Both the position numbers and the translations under genes were made by a program. A DNA stretch of 64,000 bases, taken from assembly GCF_006345805.1 (NCBI RefSeq), contig NC_043018.1:7750001-7814000 (forward strand), given 5' to 3'. Below the pieces are notes generated by a model. That model ran no database searches, was not told the DNA's origin, and worked only from the letters and a program-made list of their open reading frames with translations. This DNA is from Octopus sinensis. Lineage: Eukaryota. Numbering within the stretch: position 1 is the first letter of the stretch; each line of letters begins with the position of its first letter. Below are positions 52,591-63,868 of the stretch, piece by piece.

Positions 52591-53536
52591 GTCTATGTGT
52601 GTGTGTGTATATTACACACACACACACACACATACATATATGCATGGATGTCAATACACTCAGTAAAGTGGTTGATATTAGGAAGGGTGTATAGCAGTAC
52701 AAAACTTGCCAAAGAATACACTGGAGCTTTATGTAGCCCTGCAGCTCGTCAGGTCCCTGTCAAACTATCCTACACATACCAGAATGGAAAGCAGACATTA
52801 ACCCTTTTGTTACCATATTTCTGTTGAGATGCTGTGTTTCTTTCAATTAATTTTAAATATAACAAAGAATTTAGTAAAAGAACTTGGTTATCATTCAGCT
52901 AGTGTTAGGAACATAAATTGTAACTAAGGGTCGGTGGAATGTTTTAATTCAGAACTTTTGAAAATAAGACGTTTGTACTACAGAGCCAGAGGTGGTTTCA
53001 GCCAGGTTGGTATCAAAAGGGTTAAAGGATATAATGATATATAAATGCATGCATACGTATGAAAAAATATGCTAACAGCTGCTTACACATGAGTATGTCC
53101 ATACACATATCCATACATATGTCAAAATCAAAAGCGATCAACATCAATGGAAATTGTAGCTGTGATACCAGTGCTGGTGGCACGTAAAAAGCACCATCCA
53201 ATCGTGGCCGTTGCCAGCCTCGCCTGGCCTCCGTGCAGACGGCACGTAAAAAGCACCCACTACACTCATGGAGTGGTTGGCCTTAGGAAGGGCATCCAGC
53301 CGTAGAAACACTGCCAGATCAGACTGGGCCTGGTGCAGCCTTCTGGCTTCCCAGACACCAGTTGCACTGTCCAACCCATGCCAGCATAGAAAGCAGACAC
53401 TAAACGATGATGATGTACATTATATATATATACACCATAAATATACAGCCATAAACACACACATACATATACAGGTATAAATATACACATACATAGGCAT
53501 ATATATATATATATGCACACATACACACACACATAT

Positions 53537-53709
53537 AAGGAGTTCTGAAAAGTTCTTGGCTTTGGCTAATTTGGTTAATTATGATTTTATTCAACATATT
53601 CCCCTCTCAGTTTCACACACTTATTGCAGCTGGCCTTCAGTTTTTCTAAGTCCCAAACAGGCCTTTCACAATGCTCTTAAAACCAGGAACTTTTCAGCAC
53701 TCCCTCATA
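53537..53709. mobile_element. Mariner-derived MITE
   Basis: Termini match the TIRs of the 43715-44968 mariner; about 170 bp; no ORF. Confidence 0.75.
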
Positions 53710-53989
53710 CATATACACACATACCCACACAGTAGCATGTGCCCTGCAGATAGGGTGATGCACTCATGATTGCAAGATTGTGGTTTCCATTCCCAGACAA
53801 GCAGTGCATTGCATTCTTGAACGAAACACTTCATGTTGCTCCAGTCCACTCATCTGTAAATCGGTAACCTACAATGGACTGGCATCCCATTCAAGAATGA
53901 TGTTGACCTGCTCAACTAACCAGTGGGGTGGCATTGTTTGAAGGCTACAACAATGTGAGGAAACGCATTGTGACCAGTGGTGTATAACA

Positions 53990-54608
53990 ACATCTGATAG
54001 TCTGATCGATACCATAACATCTCCACACATATATACATGTCCACCTACACATACATGTCAACGTATACATAAACACAAAAATATACACATAAGCATATAG
54101 AAACATACATATACGTATGTACACATACATACATACATATACACATACATACATACATATATATATATATGTACGCATACATACATACATACATATATAT
54201 ATGTACACATACATACATACATATATATATGTACACATACATACATACATATATATATGTACACATACATACATACATATATATATGTACACATACATAC
54301 ATACATATATATATGTACACATACATACATACATATATATATGTACACATACATACATACATATATATATGTACACATACATACATACATATATATATGT
54401 ACACATACATACATACATATATGTACACACATACATACATACATATATGTACACACATACATACATACATATATGTACACACATACATACATATATATAT
54501 GTACACATACATACATACATATATGTACACATACATACATACATATATGTACACATACATACATACATATATATATGTACACATACATACATACACACAC
54601 ACACACAT
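53990..54608. repeat. (TACA)n/(TA)n/GTACAC compound minisatellite
   Basis: Tandem units of about 20-28 bp; source of the MYTYIH and MCVCMY ORFs. Confidence 0.95.
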
Positions 54609-54696
54609 GACTGTATTCATACACCGTTTGTCCCCGAATAAAACTCCAATGGAATATCTTTCTGGCAGAGGACTACTACGATGCCTTCTTTAGGGC

Positions 54697-54796
54697 NNNN
54701 NNNNNNNNNNNNNNNNNNNNNNNNNNNNNNNNNNNNNNNNNNNNNNNNNNNNNNNNNNNNNNNNNNNNNNNNNNNNNNNNNNNNNNNNNNNNNNNN
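54697..54796. other. Assembly gap (100 N, true size unknown)
   Basis: Run of exactly 100 N. Confidence 1.
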
Positions 54797-54812
54797 GACG
54801 CCATCTTGGTCG
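54797..54812 (-). promoter_or_regulatory. Candidate tankyrase start codon in YY1/Kozak-like context
   Basis: Minus strand GACCAAGATGGCGTC, with ATG at 54804-54802 (A at -3, G at +4), running into the gap. Confidence 0.5.
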
Positions 54813-55500
54813 TTCTCTCTCTCTCCCCTTCCTTCCTTTATTCACTTACTCTCTATATTTACTACTTTCCCTCCCACTCTCGCTCACTCCCTACTATTTT
54901 TCCTTTACACCCTCACTCACTGCTTATTACTTTTTCTTTACTCTCTCACTTACTCACTTTCTATATTTACTACTTTCCCTCCTACTCCCTCCCGCTCACT
55001 GCCTACTATTTTTCTTTTACACTCTCACTTACTCACTCTCTATATTTACTACTTTCCCTCCTCTCACTCACTGCTTACTACTTTTTCTTTACCTTCTCAC
55101 TTACTCAGTCTCTTTATTTACTACTTTCTCACTCACTCCTTACTATTTTCCCTTTACACTCTCAGTCACTGCTTACTACCTTTTCTTTACTCTCTCACTT
55201 TCTCGCTCTCTATATTTACTACTTTCCCTCCTACTCTCGCTCACTCCTTACTAGTTTTCCTTTTCACACTCAGTCACTGCTTACTACCTTTTCTTTTCAC
55301 TCTCAGTTACTCACTCTTTACATTTACTACTTTCCCTCTCACTCTCACTCACTCCTTACTATTTTCCCTTTACACTCTCACTCACTGCTTACTACCTTTT
55401 CTTTACTCTCTCACTTACTCTCTATATTTACTACTTTTCCTTTACTCTCCCCGTCTTTTTTTTCCTAACTCTGTCAATATTTAAACCCTCACACTCCTAC
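54810..55500. repeat. CT-rich degenerate tandem repeat
   Basis: Recurring CTCTCACTTACTC / TATATTTACTACTTTCCCTC / CACTGCTTACTA modules. Confidence 0.9.
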
Positions 55501-56559
55501 TCTTACTGACAAACTCACCTCCTTCTCATAACTCAGCTTATCCCTTACTCTCTCCTCTTTTATTCTCTCTATCTCTCTTACTCTGTTTTTACTATATCTT
55601 TAACTCCTCTCCCTCCTCTTCAATGTCTTTACCTCTGTCTGCTACTCAAATCTCCCTCCCTTTTCCTTTCTTCTGCTACAGAGGCGGCGACGGAGGCCAA
55701 GAGGGGGAAGGGGAGTTCACGGTTATAGTAACGATGCGACGATGATGTCGTTAATGATGATGATGATGATGGTTCTTGCTGTGACAGTGGTTGATATTGA
55801 TGTTGTTGTAGCGGTGGTAGTGGAAGTGAGGTGGTTTGTGTTGTTCTTGAGTCGGTGATGGTGTTCGCAGTGGTACAGCGATGGAGAGGCTTGTTATAGC
55901 AGCGATAGTAATTGCATGATAAGTGTAGTAACGCTAATAATGTCTGCAGTGGTGGTCACATATGGTTATTTTGGTAGTGACGTGATGGTGCCGAGATGAT
56001 GACGCTAACCTTTGCAAGGATGGTGCCGATAGTGATGCGATAGCAGTAGTATTTTCGTCGCAATCAAGCTTTTCATTGAGCAGAGTTATGACCAAAGGCG
56101 TTACTGCCATGACTACCCCCATCAAGGCCCTCACTAAAAGCGTAGAAGCACCAGCGGGGATAATCTTCCGCAGTAGTGTTGTGGTTGTGGTTATGGTTTG
56201 TTAGTGATAGAGAGAATTGTGCTAGTGATGTCACGGTTAGTGATTCCTGATGGCGGTGGTGGTGAAGATGGTGGTGCGGTGATGTTTGTGGCGGGGGTGG
56301 CTTGGTATTGATTTAGCCCTGGGACAGATCTGATGTAGCAGACTTTATTATCAAAGCGTTCCCATATGACCACTTGCTCTTATTTTACAGACACCATATC
56401 CCGTATCCAGGGCTTAAATTAATCTTCATGTGTCTTCTTTTTCAAAATGGTAGCAAGCGACACGCGTGGTGTTTGGCTATTATTTCTAGCAGCAAGTCGG
56501 TTGTTGTGTGTTTTCATGTTAATAGTTTATTATTACTGTCTGGCATTAACAATAAACTA

Positions 56560-57075
56560 GCACGCAGGGCGAAATGCCTAGCGGTATTTCGTCTGCCGTT
56601 ACGTTCTGAGTTCAAATTCCGCCGAGGTCGACTTCGCCTTTCATCCTTTCGGGGTCGATTAAATAAGTACCAGTGACGCACTAAGGTCGATGTAATCGAC
56701 TTAATCCGTTTGTCTGTCCTTGTTTGTTCCCTCTGTGTTTAGCCCCTTTGTGGGTAGTAAAGAAATAGGTATTTCGTCTGCTGCTACGTTCTAAGTTCAA
56801 ATTCCGCCGAGGTCGACGTTGCCTTTCATCCTTTCGGGGTCGATAAATTAAGGACCAGTTACGCACTGGGGTTGATATAATCGACTTAATCCGTTTGTCT
56901 GTCCTTGTTTGTCCCCTCTGTGTGTAGCCCCTTGTGGGCATTAAAGAAATAGAAATAGGTATTTCGTCTGTCATTACGTTATCAGTTCAAATTCCGCCGA
57001 GATCGACTTCGCCTTTCATCCTTTCGGTGTCGATAAATTAAGTACCAGTTGCGTATTGAGGTCGATGTAATCGAC
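56560..57075 (+). mobile_element. Head-to-tail array of three family B SINE units
   Basis: About 190-bp period; units 2 and 3 start at GGTATTTCGTCTG directly after the AAGAAATA tail. Confidence 0.88.
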
Positions 57076-57586
57076 TGGCTCCACTCCCCAAAAATTTCAG
57101 GCCTTGTGCCTAGAGTAGAAAAGATTATTATTGTCTGGTGATGATGGGTTCTGTTATGAAGAGTAGCACTGGATTAACCATTAAGCGAAATAAGAATGTG
57201 CTTAGGGCATCAAGGGAAGAGGGCACCACAGAAATAGTAAAAGGCTTACAGCACAAACGATATCACTTTAAACTTTTCTGAAATAATATTCAGAATGCCT
57301 TATCTCTGCTGAATATAGAAGCAGATGTTTTACATATACTCTTTTACTTGTTTCAGTGATTTGGCTGTGGCCATGCAGAAGCACCGCCTTTAGTCGAGCA
57401 AATCGACCCCAGGACTTATTCTTTGTAAGCCTAGTACTTATTCTATCAGTCTCTTTTGCTGAGCCGCTAAGTTACGGGGGCGTAAACACACCAGCATCGG
57501 TTGTCAAGCGATGTTGTTGGGACAAACACAGACACACAAACACACACACACACATACATACATACATACATACATACATACATACA

Positions 57587-57620
<34 letters not shown>

Positions 57621-57621
57621 C

Positions 57622-57706
<85 letters not shown>

Positions 57707-57710
<4 letters not shown>

Positions 57711-57889
57711 TGACGCATATTTGCCATTTGAATATGGTTAACCCCTAAGGTGGATGCCTACTGTAGTTTGTAGCCCCAAACTACAGTAGCATCCACCCTT
57801 AGGGGTTAGCCATATTCAAATGGAAAATATGCGTCACGATGTTTTAACCGCTACTGTTTATAACTCGCTCTGAGATTTATCATTGTTTA
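57707..57889. mobile_element. Fold-back copy of the 17621-18068 element family
   Basis: 64-bp arms (57707-57770 and 57777-57840) with a 6-nt spacer; flanked by (TA)n. Confidence 0.85.
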
Positions 57890-58437
57890 TATATATATAT
57901 ATATACACATATATATATACGACGGGCTTCTTTCAGTTTCCATCTACATATGATTATTTTTGAGGATGTGATCAAAGACTTTGCAATTAAAAAATGTAGG
58001 AGAAAACTTTTTAAGTATAAATAAAGTGGAAGCATAGAAAAATAAACATTATTTTCCATCTTGTTAGTTTTGTTTCATTTTGAAAAATAAAAAATTATTT
58101 TATGGTTTATTATTGTTTATATTTTGAATTACATACATATGGTGATACCAAAATCTTTTAAGTGCTTAGAGCCTCTATGGGTCTTAATCCGGTCCTGATG
58201 AAGAAGAGTCATCAACTCTCTGTAGCTATTGTTTGGGGGTCATATTCAGTGCTCTCAGGGACACGGGATCTGCCTATCTAGTATTGGTCTCGTCAGTCAT
58301 GTCTGCTTCCATGAGAAAGAATGTCTTGGAGACGGAAGAGGATGGATGTCTTGGACTATGCTGTCATCACCTTTGACGGACCGGCATAAGCAGGCAGTAA
58401 GCTATGCAATCCTCAATTAAAAACTAGTAAATCTATG

Positions 58438-58942
58438 GGATCTTTTCCTTTTGAAGACCATATTTCAACACAATTTCTAGTTAACTAAACACTTTTAAAC
58501 TTCGTATACTGGTAGAATGTGTTTATAAAACATCATTTTTTCTTGGCTTTATTGAGAAAATTCTATATGTTGTAAGATATTTCGTCTGAAAATCCGAGCA
58601 TTTCGGCAATTTTAACCAATCAATTACCTCCATTTAGGTAAACAACATTTGCTGCGTCTAAAACTGAGCCAACATCCTGTCACTAACCCTAAACCTAACC
58701 CTAACCCTAATTTTTTTTCTTAATTGTTAAATTAATTTAAATGATTTTAGCTCAAAAGAGAGCATAGGATTGGTTAAAATTCGAAAAATTAAACTACGTT
58801 AAACAGACGAATTACAATTTTCTCAAGAAAGCCAAGAGAAGAAAATGCTTTATTTTGACATATTCTGCCAGTATACGAAGTTTTAAAGTGTTTAGTTAAC
58901 TAGAAATTGTGTTGACATCTGGCCTTCAAAAGGAAAAGATCC
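58438..58942. mobile_element. MITE related to the GGATCTTTTC family, with long (~130 bp) imperfect TIRs
   Basis: GGATCTTTTCC termini; internal (CCCTAA)-like repeats; only TATG is duplicated at the flanks. Confidence 0.8.
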
Positions 58943-59219
58943 TATGATCAAAGACATCACGGGTGTGACCATGCCGCCTTTTCGAATATGTAACAGCCAT
59001 GTCAAGGCGCGTGGCTTCGCTGGTTGGGTCATTCGACTCACGATCGTGAGGTCGTGAGTTCGATTCCCAGCGGCGCGTTGTGTCCTTGAGCAAGATTTAT
59101 TTCACATTGCTGCAGTCCACCCAGCTGGCAATAATGAGTTGTACTTGTACTTCCAAGGACCGGCCCTTGTTACATTCTGTGTCACGCTGAATCTCGAGAA
59201 CTACGTAAAGGGTACGCGT

Positions 59220-60545
59220 GAAAACTCAAATGTACCTTCTTCACCAGCTCTGACATCAAATTCCATAATATCTCTGAAACTCATACCTGTAATGCTGCAA
59301 CGCCACCTCGAGAAAAAGCGCAACTATACCTCTCCTGGTTTTGATGGTGTTACTTTTTCGCTTCTTTTCCACCAGCTTTCATTCTCCTTTCTGTTTTGCC
59401 TTAATAACTGTGTCACTCCAGAGCAGTGGAAAATTGCCAGCGTTGTTCCCCTGTTCAAAAAGTTGATCTCATATCACCTGTCAACTACCTTACTAGCTGC
59501 ATCGCCAAACTGGCGGAGTCCTGTGTCAGAGAAACACTCTGGAAGTTTTGAAGCTCTCGCAGCCTTATTCAACCCTCCCAATTTGGATTTATTTCTAACT
59601 CCAGCTGCTGTAGCCAACTCACCGAGTTTCTTGACGACATCTAATGATGACTCATGGGTGGATGTTACCTAGCTTGGTTTTGCTAAAGCCTTCAATTCTG
59701 TGCCATACAAACGACTCATGTCAAAACATTCTGCAATGGATTTGAAAGATGATCCCTATAATTTCTGTCGGTCAGAAACGGTTCTAGAACACTATTCTTC
59801 ACCCTACGAGTGTATCACCGGGATCCGTTCTTGGACCCCTACTGTTTGTTGCATATATTAATGACATAGATGCCAATTTGAGGAATGTTAATGTTGAAAT
59901 ATGTGGAAGCGCGTGGCTTAGTGGTTAGAGTGTTGAACTCATGATCGTAAGTTTGTGGTTTCGATTCCTGGACCAGGCGATGTGTTGTGTTCTTGAGGAA
60001 AACACTTCATTTCACTTTGCTCCAGTCTACTCAGCTGGCGAAAAATGAGTAATCCTGCGACGGGCCGGCGTCCCGTCCAGATGGGGGAATTTCTACGCCA
60101 CTGAAACCAGGAAACCGGCCCTTATTAGTCTGGCATGGATCGAGAAGGAACATTTATTTTATTCTTTAATGTTGAAATATGCAGATAACATCACGATGTA
60201 CCCTGAGATAAAAAGAACTGATCCTATGCGCCATAGATCTTTCCTGCAGTCAGACCTGGACACAATGCGGCAATGGATTTCCGACTGGCAACCGAAGCTA
60301 GCTGTGAACAAGTGCATCACCATGCACTTTCGGAGGAAAACCCTAGCCTTTACATACTCCCTCAGTAACACCAGTCTCAAGAAGTCTTCTAGTGAATGTT
60401 ATCTGGATATTATTGTGAACAGCGATCTGCGTCGGACAAATCACATCTCTAAGATTGTCATGAAGGCGGAGGGTGTCCTAGCATCACTCAGTAACACCTT
60501 TGTCAGCCGCTCTCCAGCTATCTATTTAAAACTGTATATTGCACA
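59220..60545 (+). pseudogene. Degenerate CR1/L2-type reverse transcriptase fragment
   Basis: PGFDG, PEQWKIASVVPLFKK, FAKAFNSVP, YINDI, LKYADNI, LQSDLD..W...WQ..L..NKC motifs, with frameshifts. Confidence 0.88.
59904..60165 (+). mobile_element. tRNA-derived SINE inserted in the LINE RT
   Basis: 16-bp TSD TTAATGTTGAAATATG at 59888-59903 and 60166-60181; A- and B-boxes intact. Confidence 0.92.
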
Positions 60546-60719
60546 GTTTCCACAGTTTCTGTTAACCAGATTCACTCACAAGGTATTGGTCGGCCCAGAA
60601 ATATACTAGAACTCATTTGCTCCAAGTGCCGTGCAATTGAACCCGAAACCATGTGGTTTCAAAGCGAGCTTCTTAACCACTCAGCCATGTCTGCTTCTGT
60701 GAGAGAATTTATTCAAAAC

Positions 60720-60753
<34 letters not shown>

Positions 60754-61290
60754 GAAAGAAATGCATAAAATAACTTATAGTGAAACCTGTTTGTATGATT
60801 TTATAAAATAAATCTTTGTTAAATTTTATTTAAAGACCTCTTGCAGCAACCCACGATTTCTTCACGGAACCCAGGGATTTATTGAAGCCTATTTCAGGAA
60901 TCACTGATCTATTCGGCATTCCTTTGGTATTGGTCTACGTGTGTGTGTGTGTGTGCTTGCTGCCCGATTATCCGAGTTAGACCCTGCTTACTATGTTCTC
61001 TTTACTAAGGATCTGGCTGGGTTGACCGCTCGTGTTAGTGGACCACATGCCACATTGTCACGGCAGATGAGGAGGCATCTAATGGAAATGAGGAATGATT
61101 GGAACTCTGCCATCGGCATTACAAAGACCGCCATACATCTTGGCCAAGTGTCTTCTACCATAACCCCCAGACCAACCAATGCCTTGTGAGTGGATTTGGT
61201 AGACGTAAACTTTGAGAAGCCTGTTATGTGTATGTACGTGCGTGCGTGCGTATGTGTGTGTGCGCGCGTGCGTGCGTGTGTGTGTGTGTG

Positions 61291-61333
<43 letters not shown>

Positions 61334-62078
61334 TGTGCGTGTGTATTTGTGTGTGTGTGTGTTTGTGTTTGTTTCCCGCCACCGCTTAACAACCAGAGTT
61401 GATTTGCTCGCATCCCCGCAACCTACCGAATCGGCAAAAAGAACAAAAACAATAGAATAGGCAATATGACTTAAACTATGTACTGTGTTCGATTTATTCG
61501 ACTAAAACCCCTTCAAGGTGGTACATCCATCTTGGCTGCAGTTCTTTCTATGGCTGTAACAAATAAAAGAAAATAAACGATAAAGCTACACCCGAGAGAA
61601 CAGGGCCGCCACAACCTCCTTTCTCTACCCGTGTCCCCGACAGCTCAAGCTTCTCAATCCCCTTAAAAAGTCACCTCTCGTACCCTAAGAAACGCTTGTT
61701 TATTTAACACTACAGAGAATGAATTGGCGCAATTTACGGAGCAGCGCGCCAGAAGTTTCGGCTCTTCATTGTTCTGAGCAGAAGTGTTGCAGAAAGAGTG
61801 AGTCGGGAGGTGAGAGAAGTCTTCTTCTCCGTCGCAGGTGTAAAAAGAGCGCTGAAATTTCCTGTTAATTCATGCTCGTTGATTATTTTCGGCCTTATTT
61901 AATTACCATTGTCCACACTCGAGCATTCACGAGAACAGTTGCTTACAACATTCACTGGTTCTCAGAGCTGACTGCGACGATTGTTTTACCCACTCCTTTC
62001 CGTCAACCGTGTTATCGATAAAATATACAGCATTAATAATACATCGCGTAAAGTCAACACACACACACACATACGCAG

Positions 62079-62138
<60 letters not shown>

Positions 62139-62368
62139 TCTGTTATTCTTTACTTGTTTCAGTCATTTGACTACGGCCATGCTGGAGCACCGCCTTGAAG
62201 GGTTTGTAGTTAAACAAATCTAGCTCAGGACTTATTTTTTTAAAGCCTAGCACTTATTCTATCGGTCTCTCTGGCCGAGCCCCTAAGTTACAAGAACATA
62301 AACACGCCAGCGGTGAGGGGGGAACAAACACAGACACTAACACATACACACACATTAAACACACACAC

Positions 62369-62400
<32 letters not shown>

Positions 62401-62401
62401 A

Positions 62402-63272
62402 CAGTGAGTAGTCTAAATTATGCAAAAATGAAAATAACACCGAGATCTCATTTTAACAGATATATTTACCAAAATTACATAAAAATATTTTGAAATACAA
62501 AAGAGTAAATTTATTCAATAAAATCGCCATTGGCTTCAACCACATTCTCCAGATGACCTCGGAATTTCCTGCAACTCTTCTGGACAGTTTCCTTGTTTAA
62601 GTTGGTGAATGCTGCCATAACCCTTGCCTTCAGTTTATCTTTGGTGTTACAAGGAGTTTTGTTGGTCTCTTGCTCACCTGTATCCCACACATAATAACAA
62701 GGGGGTTGCAGTCTGGGGAGTTTGGTGGTCAGATGTTAGGGGTGATGTGGTCGCAGAAATTGTCTGACAGCCATGACTGGGTTCTCCTGCATGTGTGGCA
62801 TGGTGCAGAGTCCTGTTGCTAGACATAGGGTCTTCCTGCAGCCACCCTCTTGACCCAGGGCAGCCCTACCTCCTCCAGGCACTTGATGTAGGCCACTGTG
62901 TTGAGTCTGGGGCAGTGTGGGAAGATGAATGGAGGCATAATGTCACCATCACTAGTGATCACTCTAAATACCATGATGCTGACTGAATGTTTGATTTTTA
63001 TCACTCTCAGTACTTGTTTTGGAGACACAGCAAGCTAACGGTTGCTCTTTGTGTTCACCAACTGTTCGTATTGGAGTTTCCAGCGCGAATTCCAAGCAAT
63101 ACAGCATGTCGATTCCAAATTTCTGACAGAGTGAATTGCGTCATGGTGTGGTTGTTCTCATCGACGGTGCCCAACTGACCCTACTACACTGTGTAGTCGA
63201 CAAAACGAAAAACAAACACGCGCATGCGCGAAATTAAAAATATAAAAGGGCGACATTACCTATCGCACTCTG
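62402..63272 (-). mobile_element. Internally deleted DD37D (maT-like) transposon
   Basis: QQDSAPCH...(W)PPNSPDCNPL with 37 residues to the third Asp position, whose codon has lost one base. The N-terminus is joined directly to the catalytic domain; TA flanks; weak CAG termini. Confidence 0.82.
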
Positions 63273-63283
63273 TATATATGTAC

Positions 63284-63344
<61 letters not shown>

Positions 63345-63352
63345 TGTATATG

Positions 63353-63385
<33 letters not shown>

Positions 63386-63538
63386 TATATATAATATATA
63401 TATATATACCGGAGTAAACACATAAATGTGAACAAGGTGGAAAAAAGAGTACTCAAATACCAGTGGCAGAGTAATATGCTTTATTTAAAGCAGCAGAAAA
63501 TTCAACAAAACAATTTTCTGCTGCTTTAAATAAAGCAT

Positions 63539-63575
<37 letters not shown>

Positions 63576-63868
63576 GCATATATACATATACATGCATATA
63601 TGTACATACCTACATATATATGTAAATATACATGCATATAATGGGTACAAGACATGAAAAAACACGTTGTACACAATGAGAAACGAAAACATAAAAGCAA
63701 AAACATAGAAAACAAACTTTTTTTCGAACAGCGAAAAAACAACAAACAGAGAAACGAGACATACAACATAAAGAATATTCCCCTTCTTCAGTTGTCCTTG
63801 TTTCATCTACTCCGCATTTCGAAGGCAAAGACATATATATATATATATATATATATACTTTATTTAAG

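Noticed and set aside
54681-55484. 267-aa and 220-aa Leu/Ser/Phe-rich ORFs
   Set aside because: One spans the N gap; both translate the CT-rich tandem repeat.
1895-57625. Recurrent ORFs such as [37 protein letters not shown] and LFQSFDCGHAGAPP
   Set aside because: They are open frames through SINE family A, not host proteins.
58190-58300. CTGATGA (+) and CTGACGA (-) hammerhead half-cores
   Set aside because: There is no correctly placed GAAA or stem III partner; at most a deleted remnant.
15780-60000. tRNA-like sequences with A/B boxes
   Set aside because: They are SINE heads followed by SINE bodies, with no complete cloverleaf or acceptor stem.
60960-61110. Possible additional LINE 3' fragment (RLSELDPAYYVLF...)
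   Set aside because: It is too short and degenerate to assign by eye.
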